A stretch of 33,184 nucleotides of DNA from Thermoplasmata archaeon (GTDB lineage: Archaea; Thermoplasmatota; SW-10-69-26; JACQPN01; JAJPHT01), in assembly GCA_034667685.1 (NCBI GenBank), contig JAXDQU010000117.1, positions 1 through 33,184 on the forward strand, given 5' to 3'. The notes under the pieces are model-generated. The model was not told the origin of the DNA and searched no databases. It saw nothing but the letters and a program-made list of their open reading frames with translations. Shown here piece by piece: positions 25,303-33,184 of the stretch (the stretch's first letter is position 1; each line of letters begins with the position of its first letter). The position numbers and the translations under genes are program-made.

Positions 25303-28300
25303 CTAAGAATCAGGATTCCTGCCCCTCGTCGCCCATACGCCGCCCGCGATCCCCTGCGGCCCCGCCGTGAGCGAGAGCACAGTGCTATTCACCATCACCG
25401 GCACGCCCGGCTGCGGCTTCGCCGGCGACGTGTACACCATGCCGGCCGACGCGGCCTGGGCCGGATAGACCAGGATGAGCGAGAGGCCACTGTTCGCCCA
25501 TGTGTTGTTGGCTGTGTCTCGGAAGACGAGATGGAGTTGGTAGGCCCCTGGGGGAAGATCCTGCGCCGTGATGGTTCCATTCGTTGCGAAGTCGATGGCC
25601 GGATCGATTGTGATGTTCGTGCCGTCGAGGCCAGTAAGCGTGAGGATGCCGAGGACGGGCTCCGAGGCCGACCACGCGAGGCTGTAGGTGGAGTTGGCCG
25701 CGGCGAGGGCCCGCGCGCTGGTCGTGACGGTCGGGCTTTGCCGGTCGATGACGAAGGTGGAGTTCGTGACGCCGATGTGGCCCGCTCGGTCCGTGACCTG
25801 GACGCTGATGTGGTGGAATCCTTCCGTGAGGTTCAGCCCGCTCGGCGAGACGTCGATGAGGGGCTGGAGCGTCTGGCTTGACAGGGCGGGTAGGCCGTCG
25901 ATCTGGATGGTGGCCGTGGGTTGCACGTCCGTGCGTGAACCCACGCTGATGTTGATCGGCAGCGTCGTGTTCGCGATCAAGGGAGCCTTGGCATACAACG
26001 GGATATTGTCGATGGTTGGGATGGGGGCGTTCTCGATGAGCTTCGTCGTCGCGTGGTCTGCGGATGCTCCGTTCGACGCGTCGCCCGCAAAGGTGGCGTA
26101 GAGCGTTCCGATGCCGGGAATGGTCGAGGGCCCCACGGCGAGCGAGCAGGTCGCGCGACCGGCCGCGTCGCTCGTGGCCGCGCAGCCGGCAGCTCCCACG
26201 TGGAACTCGATGGTCGCTCCTTCGGACAGCGGCGTCCCGGGGGGGTCTGTGAGGGTGGCGGAGACCTGCGTGGTGTCCCCGATCTCCAGGGATTCGATGG
26301 GGTCGAGGGTCAGAACCGTGGGAGCAGTCGTAGGGGGCGGCACGCCGAGGAGGAGGTCGCTTTGTCCGTCGCCGTTGAGGTCGAGCTGGACGTTGGCGAG
26401 CCCGACGGCGTCGTTGAAGCTCATGCCGGCTTCTCGAGTGGCGGACTGGACTTGCCGCTCGACGGCGGCCGTGTCCACGAAGAGGTTGCTGGTGCCTTGG
26501 TCACCGATATGGATGCCGGGGATCGTCACGTTCCATTCCGCAACGGTGTACGTGCCGTTGGGGAGATAGTATCCGATGGGCCTCTCAATTGTGAGGCTTC
26601 CCACGCTTCCGGGAGCGCCGACGAGCTGGAACGGCACCTGCTGGACCGAGGCGGGGACCACGGCGTCGTGGGGTGCTGTGGGGCTCGCGGCGCCTCTGGA
26701 CGTCATGGCCTGGGTCGAAGCCCCGGAGCCGACGATGATCCCCATGGAATCGCTGTGGAATCGCGAGTCGGCGAACGTGAAGCCGTATTGCCCAAAGGGG
26801 ACGGTATTGTCGTACGGCCCGTTGCAGTGGTACTGCATGAAGCAGGCTTCGAAATGGTAGCTGACGCGGATCGGCTCGGTGCGGAGCGTGATGGCGGTGT
26901 CTCGGAGGCCCTCGTACTGGATGCCCGTGTAGCCGGATCTGAAGGACTCGGGTTGGCCGGAGATGGGCTCAACGGCTTCGACCTTGATCCCAGCGGAGGC
27001 GGAGCCCGAGCCATCAACGCCCACGAGGTAGGCGTCCTCGTGAAAGCCGAGGCTTGCGTCGGCGCCGGCGCCGATGCCTTGGCTCAGGACTCGCATGCGG
27101 AAGGGGCTAGGGTCCGCGCGACCCCCGAGGCTTGCGGTCATGTGCGTGTTGATGCTGACATCTGGCGGGGAGAGGAATGGAATTCCCTCGAAGGCCGGGA
27201 GGTTGCTGAGGAGCCCCTCGGCGCCGAAGGAGGGCCCTGGCCACTGGGCGCTTGCCTGGATGGTGTCCAAGCCGCTGGTTTGGACGATACCGGTCGTCGG
27301 GTCGGCGTGCACGCTTCCGGCGACGAGACCACTGCCAGTGAGCGGACCGACGCTGCCCTCGAGGGTCTCCACTGCGTCCAGGCTTAGGGCGCCGTTCGCG
27401 TCGGGGTGAGGGTCGCCTTCGAACTTGAGGCCGCTGTCGTCGAGCTGAGCCGAAGAGATCTTGTCGAGGAGGTTCTGGACGAAGTAGCGCGCGGTGAATG
27501 GCATGCCCGCTGTGATCTGGTCCTTGATCGAACTGACGTCCTTCGCATGGGCCTGTAGCCGGTTGTCGTCGAAGGCGATGCCGACGCAGCACGTGATTCG
27601 AGAGGGGTTGGTTTGGTAGTAGACGGGGACTTGGCCTTGGCGAACGTGCGCCGCGACTTGCGCGAAACTGGTGGGCGTCGCGTCGGGAGCGGGAGGATTG
27701 TCGAGGTCGGGTTCGCCCCAGTAGAACGCGTTCTGGTCATGCAAGGAGCAGATCAGTTGCGTCGCGGCGTCCGGCGCGAACGTGGCGGGGGCGGACGGTG
27801 GGCCTTCGCCGTTCGCCGTGACGGCGCTGATGGCGAAGCCTTGGCCGTTTCCGCACGGCTGGTGGACGTCGCCGCTTCCAGTGGGGAACCAATGCGCGAC
27901 GTAGGAGGTGTCTGTCGTAGTCGCGACGACGTAGCGGTCGCCGAGCGCGCCCATGTGGTAGACGTTGTAGGACGTGACGCCGCTCGTCGCCGGCTGCGAC
28001 CACGAGAGGGCAACTGCGTCCGTTCCGGAGGTGGGGGTTGCAGTGACGCCGCGAGGAGATTCCACGCTCCCCGCGAAGCCGACTGTGACGCTCGTGGGAT
28101 CCGAGTAGGAGGATTCGGTCGTGGGGCTCACGGCGGTCACGCGGTATGTGTAGGTGCCCGAAGCGAGGCCCGCGTCCGTGAAGCTGGGGTCCGCTCCCGG
28201 TGCGGTGCCGACGAATTGGAGGAGGGAGGTCGCCGACGAGCGGTAGATGCGGTAGCTGGTGGGGCTTTCCATGCCGCCCGTTCCTGGGCGCCAGTGGAGC

Positions 28301-30651
28301 GTGACGCTCGTTCCATCGGCGCCAAGGACGGCGTAGAGCCCGGTGGGCGGGACGACTTGCGCCGAGCCGGTTCCATCGAAGTCGAGCTTCGAGACGAAGG
28401 CGAATCCGGTGGAGCGGTAGTAATTCGGGGGCAAGGCGTTGACGCGCGGGAAGTCCGTCGAACTGGTGGAGCCGGCGAGAAGCGCGTGGCCGGCGGGATC
28501 CAGCCCGACCAGTCGGGGAGTGTCATCCGAGGATCCGCCCAGATACGTCGAGAAGCCCAGAGTGCCGTCGGGATCGACACGCAAGACGAATCCGTCCGTG
28601 TATCCGCCTCCGAAGGAGGACAGCGGGCCGGCGCTTGGCAGGTTTCCGGTGGTGATCCCGGTCACCACCGCGCGGCCCTCCGCGTCCACGGCCACGCCAT
28701 AGGGCGCGCCATAGAATTCCGACCCGTAGTCGAGAAGGCCCGTTTGCCGGTCAAGCTTGACGACGAACCCGCCGCCGCCGGAGCAGCAACCGCCCATGTA
28801 TCCGTTGGTTTGGAAGGAGTGCATCGTCGGGACGTAGGACGCCTGGAGCTGGCCGACGAGGATCGTGTTCCCGTTGGAGTCGTAGGCGACTCCGGTGGGC
28901 GAGGGGAGATAGCCACCGCCTCCACAGCAACCGTAGCTTCCGTTCCCCAGGAAGGTACTGTAGTCGAGCGCGCCGGTGGGCGTGATGCGGGAGACGAACG
29001 CGCTGCCCGGCCCCGAGAACGTGCTCTGGGGCGCGCCGAAGGTTCGGGGATAGTCGTACGCTTGCGTCTGTCCTACAACGGTCAGATAGCCGCTCGCGTC
29101 GATCGCGACCGCTGCGGGCCACGTGCTCCCCGAGCCCCCCAGGTAGGTGCTGTAGATCGCGGTGCCATCCGAGGCGAGATGCGTGATAACGGTCGTCGGC
29201 GCGTTGGTGGTCAGCGGCGAGCCCTGAATCGCGTTGCGCACGGGGTAACCGGCTTGGTACGCGGAGCCGACCTCGACGATGCCGCCCGATCCGTCCGATC
29301 GGATGAACTGCGGTGTTGATTGGCCAAGATACGTGCTGTACACGACAGAGCCCGAGGCTGAGACGGAGGTAAGCGTGCCCGCCGAGTTGCCGGACGGGGC
29401 CGGGTCCGTCGCCTGCAGCGCGTACCGGGTGGGGAAGTCCGTGGAACTCGTATATCCAGCGAAGACCATGTTTCCCGAGCTGGCGTCCACGGCAATCTGG
29501 TACGGGTAGTCGTACGAGGATCCTCCGATCCGACCGCCCAACACGAGGCGTCCCTGCGAATCGAGCTTCGCGAGCGTGTCATGATAGTTGGGTGGAGCGG
29601 ACGAGGGGGGTGCCAGGCTTGGATCCAGGTTGAGTTGGGGGAAGTCCGTGGAGTATGAGTAGCCGACGACAGCGGCCGAGTCGGAAGGATCGACCGCAAG
29701 CGCCGTCGCGATGTCTTGGTTGGTGCCTCCAAGGAAGGTGGAGTAGACGAGGTCGCCGTTCGAGTCCAGGCGCATGATGAACTCGTCCGTGTAGTGGTTC
29801 GAGGACTGGTAGGCGTTCTGCGTGGGGAGGTCCGGTGAATCGGAGTAGCCCGCGACGATGGCGCCGCCTTTGCTGTCTGGTTTGATATCGGTAATGTAGA
29901 CGCCTTCGCCGGCCCCGATGAAGGTCGAGAAGATCAGAGGATCGATGAGGACGGGCCGGCCAGGGGGTCGGTGGTCCAAGTGGAATCCGACAACGCCCGC
30001 CGCGTCGAGCGTGAATTCGCATGGGAGGCTCACCGCGTCGCTGCTGCAAGCGGGTGCCTGATGGATGATCTCTCCATCTGGCGTGGCGAGGTGAAGCGCC
30101 CCATCCGAGTCCAGGGTCGGCGTGGCGCCGGCAAACGAGATGGCGATTCGTGCGGCGTCCGCGTCGGGCGCGAGCGTGAACGCGTATTCGATGCCTTGGG
30201 CCGTCTCATGGAAAACCCAGTCGGTTCCTGGGTAGGCGTAGTGGTACTCGATGGCGCGGAAGTGACGGATCCCCGTGACCCAGCGGGCCGCGTCGGAGCC
30301 GTAGTACTCGTTCGTGTCTCCTGGCAGGGGAGCTCCGATGGGAGTCGCATAGGTTGGGAGAGAGCCCACCAGAGACATAGTGAGAACATCGTGCGTCGAT
30401 CCGACAGCCCGCGTCGCGACCACGTTGTCGCCCAGAAATGTGAGCGTGGAGTCGGCAGAGCGAGCGCGGAACGCCACTGTGTCTGGGAATTGCCCGCGGT
30501 TCTGCTCGAAGCCTGACCCGAGCGCCTTCAGGGGCGAGAGGGCGGGGAGGGCCGATGGCATGCTGGCGCCATGGGCAGTCGAACCCAGGGGGAGCCCCGC
30601 TCCAACCAGGACCGCGAGAATCAGACAGCCCAATCTGCGGGAATGCGCCAT
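25303..30651 (-). CDS. Secreted SBBP beta-propeller repeat protein with fibronectin type III and Ig-like domains (1782 aa)
   Basis: Signal peptide; N-terminal GFEQNRGQ...NEYYG...W...YPG.D...IDP domain typical of SBBP proteins; many YSTYLGGS..D....AVD..G...VG.T.S.DFP repeats; two FN3-like units (VTLHW...SYRIYR...YTYRVTAV); C-terminal Ig-like units. Confidence 0.9.
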   Translation of the reverse strand: MAHSRRLGCLILAVLVGAGLPLGSTAHGASMPSALPALSPLKALGSGFEQNRGQFPDTVAFRARSADSTLTFLGDNVVATRAVGSTHDVLTMSLVGSLPTYATPIGAPLPGDTNEYYGSDAARWVTGIRHFRAIEYHYAYPGTDWVFHETAQGIEYAFTLAPDADAARIAISFAGATPTLDSDGALHLATPDGEIIHQAPACSSDAVSLPCEFTLDAAGVVGFHLDHRPPGRPVLIDPLIFSTFIGAGEGVYITDIKPDSKGGAIVAGYSDSPDLPTQNAYQSSNHYTDEFIMRLDSNGDLVYSTFLGGTNQDIATALAVDPSDSAAVVGYSYSTDFPQLNLDPSLAPPSSAPPNYHDTLAKLDSQGRLVLGGRIGGSSYDYPYQIAVDASSGNMVFAGYTSSTDFPTRYALQATDPAPSGNSAGTLTSVSASGSVVYSTYLGQSTPQFIRSDGSGGIVEVGSAYQAGYPVRNAIQGSPLTTNAPTTVITHLASDGTAIYSTYLGGSGSTWPAAVAIDASGYLTVVGQTQAYDYPRTFGAPQSTFSGPGSAFVSRITPTGALDYSTFLGNGSYGCCGGGGYLPSPTGVAYDSNGNTILVGQLQASYVPTMHSFQTNGYMGGCCSGGGGFVVKLDRQTGLLDYGSEFYGAPYGVAVDAEGRAVVTGITTGNLPSAGPLSSFGGGYTDGFVLRVDPDGTLGFSTYLGGSSDDTPRLVGLDPAGHALLAGSTSSTDFPRVNALPPNYYRSTGFAFVSKLDFDGTGSAQVVPPTGLYAVLGADGTSVTLHWRPGTGGMESPTSYRIYRSSATSLLQFVGTAPGADPSFTDAGLASGTYTYRVTAVSPTTESSYSDPTSVTVGFAGSVESPRGVTATPTSGTDAVALSWSQPATSGVTSYNVYHMGALGDRYVVATTTDTSYVAHWFPTGSGDVHQPCGNGQGFAISAVTANGEGPPSAPATFAPDAATQLICSLHDQNAFYWGEPDLDNPPAPDATPTSFAQVAAHVRQGQVPVYYQTNPSRITCCVGIAFDDNRLQAHAKDVSSIKDQITAGMPFTARYFVQNLLDKISSAQLDDSGLKFEGDPHPDANGALSLDAVETLEGSVGPLTGSGLVAGSVHADPTTGIVQTSGLDTIQASAQWPGPSFGAEGLLSNLPAFEGIPFLSPPDVSINTHMTASLGGRADPSPFRMRVLSQGIGAGADASLGFHEDAYLVGVDGSGSASAGIKVEAVEPISGQPESFRSGYTGIQYEGLRDTAITLRTEPIRVSYHFEACFMQYHCNGPYDNTVPFGQYGFTFADSRFHSDSMGIIVGSGASTQAMTSRGAASPTAPHDAVVPASVQQVPFQLVGAPGSVGSLTIERPIGYYLPNGTYTVAEWNVTIPGIHIGDQGTSNLFVDTAAVERQVQSATREAGMSFNDAVGLANVQLDLNGDGQSDLLLGVPPPTTAPTVLTLDPIESLEIGDTTQVSATLTDPPGTPLSEGATIEFHVGAAGCAATSDAAGRATCSLAVGPSTIPGIGTLYATFAGDASNGASADHATTKLIENAPIPTIDNIPLYAKAPLIANTTLPINISVGSRTDVQPTATIQIDGLPALSSQTLQPLIDVSPSGLNLTEGFHHISVQVTDRAGHIGVTNSTFVIDRQSPTVTTSARALAAANSTYSLAWSASEPVLGILTLTGLDGTNITIDPAIDFATNGTITAQDLPPGAYQLHLVFRDTANNTWANSGLSLILVYPAQAASAGMVYTSPAKPQPGVPVMVNSTVLSLTAGPQGIAGGVWATRGRNPDS

Positions 30652-30964
30652 GAAGCCTGCCCCGCTGCGCGAATCATCATCTCGGACTTAACACTTCTCG
30701 CGAATCGGACTTGGTTCGGGAGCTTGACATCCCGGGATAGCCGGAGTCCGTCACCTACCTTCGCTTGCGGTCTCCCGTTGTACTGTTCCGTTGAGGGGGA
30801 GGCTCACGTTCCTGCCGGAAATTTCGCGGGTCACTTCCCCTCGATGGAACAGTCCCGAAGCAGAATACGGCAAGGGCGGCGCCTGGATGTGGGGCGCACC
30901 AGGTGTCGGGCTGCTGGCCTGGCCGTTTCCGTCTGCCTGGCGCACGCCACAAACGCGGATATGA

Positions 30965-33028
30965 TCAATCCACAAGGTCACGCTTGCGAACGACACCTTC
31001 GTCGAGTAGGACTTTCAACGTAGCCGGCGGCAACGAGGGCCGCAGATTGAGGAAATCTTCGTGAATGCGGTCGATCGCACGGCGTCCCTCTTTTGACCCG
31101 TACATGTACTCAAGGGTCAGCCGCAGCACATCGGGCTCCTTTACGATTCGCAAGAATGACGAGGCAGCCCAGTTCCCAGAGACAAACCGATCCGCGACGG
31201 AGCGACGCAGTTTTTCGCACATATCCCAGTCGCGCCACCAAGCGAGGTGCGGTAAAAATCGGTCGACAAGATGCCAAGCGGGTTGACTCAGTCGAGACTG
31301 AGCTGCACGAATGTGGAGCGCAGTAAAAGTGCTTCCAACAATTCGTGGGGCTAGCTCGCGATCCGACGACCGCGCTGCGAGGAAGAGCAGTGCGCCCAAG
31401 ACGTCGTCTTTCTCGACGGGTGTTGGGCCGGCGACATCCAAGAGCATATGGAGCCGAGAGATGATCTCTGGATCGTCTGGCGCCAACGAGAGGGCAACGA
31501 CGTGGGCGCTTTCCGTGTTGAGTTCGGGGGCTTTCTGAAGCCAAGCGCGGACATCTGCTGGCCTTGACGCGGCTGCGATTGACCATTGAGTCCCGACGGC
31601 CTCGCCGATCGCAAGCCTATCAAGGATCTCCTCAGTCAACGATTGCCCGAGAACGCTCAAGGCTTCAGTGATCAGGGGGGCATCCATTGACAGCAATCTG
31701 CCGGCGATTGCCCTGGCGACCTGGGGCTGCAGTTGCGGAGTCCGCTTGAGCACCTCAAGAACTTGCCGCTGACGGACAGGGTCCGTCGACCATGCCCACT
31801 CCTCCGCCGCAAATGATGGGCGCACACCGATTAACGCAAGCGCGACGGCGTAGTCTTGCTCCCGGAGTGCAAGGTCTGAGCCTTGAAGTTCCGCGGCGAT
31901 TTCGCGAATGACTTGCTCGGCCGCAGGAGAGCTGGCATGAAGGACCTGGCGCACCAGATTGATTGCCTCGCGCGGCGCCGTCTTGGCGACAAGGCGCGCA
32001 CGATCCGGCACGGTCAGAGCCTCTAAGTCGATTGCGCCAGTAGTATCGCGGATGAGTGCGGCGAGAAGTCTTGACTCCCCTTCGATGGTGGGAGATTGGC
32101 CGAGGACACCGGCCTTCAGTCTCGGGAGATCGGCAGTCGAAGGGCCAAGAGCAGCGAGAATCCTTACGCCTCGTTCGTAGTCCGGTCGAGGCAAGTCGCG
32201 GAGGAGCGTATGGAGTGAAGCGAGGTCCGCGAAGGCTCCGCGACCTCCTTCAAGTTCAGCCCCAAATTGTCTCATGAAAGAGCGTAGCGGGCCTCCGCCA
32301 GCTTGGATGTCCTGAATGCTCGCTTTCAGCCAATCGAGTTCGCGCGATCCATTCGCTGAGGAATGGGCGGTTCCGGCGCCCAGGCTCGATTGCCAACCTG
32401 GGGGACCGATCAGGACGTCGAAGTTTTCGAAGGCAGGGTTCGCTGACATCATGCCTGTGCAGAATTGGAACGCGCGTCGGAGGCGAGGCCATTGCTGCGA
32501 CCAGATCTGCAGTAACGCGGTCTCAAATCTCTCTGCGCTTGGAGTGTTCAGGGCGACTCTGGCGTCTGGTGTCACATAGAGGTTTACGAGCAACTCTCGT
32601 GAGGCCTCAAGTTGCGGTGGTGAAAGTCTCGGGGGATCAGAGATCGTTTCCTCATGGAACTCGATCGGCTCTCGATAATATTCCAGGTCAGCGAGAGCCG
32701 TCGGGCGGTTGAAAAGACTCGCAAGGCGGGAGAAGTCCCTAATAGTGCCGAGGTCAGGGAGGTTAACGAGAAGAGTGTGAGTCCAGACGGCGCCAGAGCG
32801 CTCGACTTCGGACGCATGCCAGGTTTTCGCAAAGGCAAAGTGGCCAGCATCTGGAAGGGCGTAGGCTGTCAGGTATTTGTTGTACCCCTGTGCGAGCAGC
32901 GGCCCAGTTAGGTCACTCCGCTTGAGAAGGAGGAGTTCTTCGGCACCTGAGAGAGGAAGCGAGCTAGCGAGCAGACTATGTCCTTTTCTGTATCCATGAA
33001 GCGTCTGGTGGACGAGGATGGACTCCAC
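30965..33028 (-). CDS. GAP1-N1 domain protein (GTPase-associated protein 1 of a ternary GTPase conflict system)
   Basis: N-terminal HQTLHGYRKGHSLLASS...SDLTG...YLTAYAL...AKTW.A.E..RSGAVWTHTLL; middle IWSQQWPRLRRAFQFCT; C-terminal W..WD.CEKLR. Lower GC than the flanking genes. Confidence 0.85.
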   Translation of the reverse strand: MESILVHQTLHGYRKGHSLLASSLPLSGAEELLLLKRSDLTGPLLAQGYNKYLTAYALPDAGHFAFAKTWHASEVERSGAVWTHTLLVNLPDLGTIRDFSRLASLFNRPTALADLEYYREPIEFHEETISDPPRLSPPQLEASRELLVNLYVTPDARVALNTPSAERFETALLQIWSQQWPRLRRAFQFCTGMMSANPAFENFDVLIGPPGWQSSLGAGTAHSSANGSRELDWLKASIQDIQAGGGPLRSFMRQFGAELEGGRGAFADLASLHTLLRDLPRPDYERGVRILAALGPSTADLPRLKAGVLGQSPTIEGESRLLAALIRDTTGAIDLEALTVPDRARLVAKTAPREAINLVRQVLHASSPAAEQVIREIAAELQGSDLALREQDYAVALALIGVRPSFAAEEWAWSTDPVRQRQVLEVLKRTPQLQPQVARAIAGRLLSMDAPLITEALSVLGQSLTEEILDRLAIGEAVGTQWSIAAASRPADVRAWLQKAPELNTESAHVVALSLAPDDPEIISRLHMLLDVAGPTPVEKDDVLGALLFLAARSSDRELAPRIVGSTFTALHIRAAQSRLSQPAWHLVDRFLPHLAWWRDWDMCEKLRRSVADRFVSGNWAASSFLRIVKEPDVLRLTLEYMYGSKEGRRAIDRIHEDFLNLRPSLPPATLKVLLDEGVVRKRDLVD

Positions 33029-33031
33029 GGT

Positions 33032-33184
33032 TCACTCCGTCGCCTTAGCAAGCCAAAGAATGGGCCTGGTGATATCGTTCGAAGTGACGCCTTTGTGAAC
33101 GACCCGGACACGGGCGGCCGCGGAGGTCTGCTCCAGTAACTTGGTTCTGGTCTCCGGTTTGGTTACATCCCCACCAAGAGCACT
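33032..33184 (-). CDS. C-terminus of a probable TRAFAC-class GTPase (double-GTPase system); 5' part outside the window
   Basis: Hand translation: SALGGDVTKPETRTKLLEQTSAAARVRVVHKGVTSNDITRPILWLAKATE*; SAxGG (G5-like) and D.T.PI.WL tail; ends 3 nt before the GAP1-N1 start. Confidence 0.7.
   Translation of the reverse strand, partial: SALGGDVTKPETRTKLLEQTSAAARVRVVHKGVTSNDITRPILWLAKATE

Noticed and set aside
30571-31023. Small ORFs in the gap between the SBBP and GAP1-N1 genes
   Set aside because: No codon bias or motifs, and they overlap the neighbouring genes; treated as intergenic.

Overview
High-GC window, most likely from an archaeon of Thermoplasmatota type. This is inferred from an archaeal-type GlmU, a DUF1616 protein, a small CPxCG zinc-finger gene and TATA-like heptamers 24-30 nt upstream of apparently leaderless GTG starts. 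The left ~24 kb is a cell-envelope and surface-glycan region. It encodes a secreted RCC1-propeller protein with a C39-like peptidase domain (absent from the ORF track), GlmU, two GT-C-like membrane proteins and large secreted Ig/PKD/CARDB and Cys-rich proteins. It also has a YdjM-like hydrolase, a GT2 / alkaline-phosphatase-family / nucleotidyltransferase / GT4 operon, a Wzx flippase, DUF1616 and a DUF6605-type lipoprotein. The most striking unexplained feature is at 24239-24424 (minus). It is a 186-nt, almost fully base-paired element with a tRNA-type acceptor stem and a perfect T-arm but no D-arm or anticodon arm. It has a TATA-like box at the same spacing as neighbouring genes and a downstream T-run, so it is a candidate undescribed tRNA-like ncRNA; alternatively it is an att-site tRNA fragment. 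To its right GC content falls and there are gene debris, a 1782-aa SBBP/FN3 surface protein and the 3' part of a GTPase + GAP1-N1 ternary conflict system, consistent with an acquired island. All domain calls come from motif recognition by eye, not from database searches.
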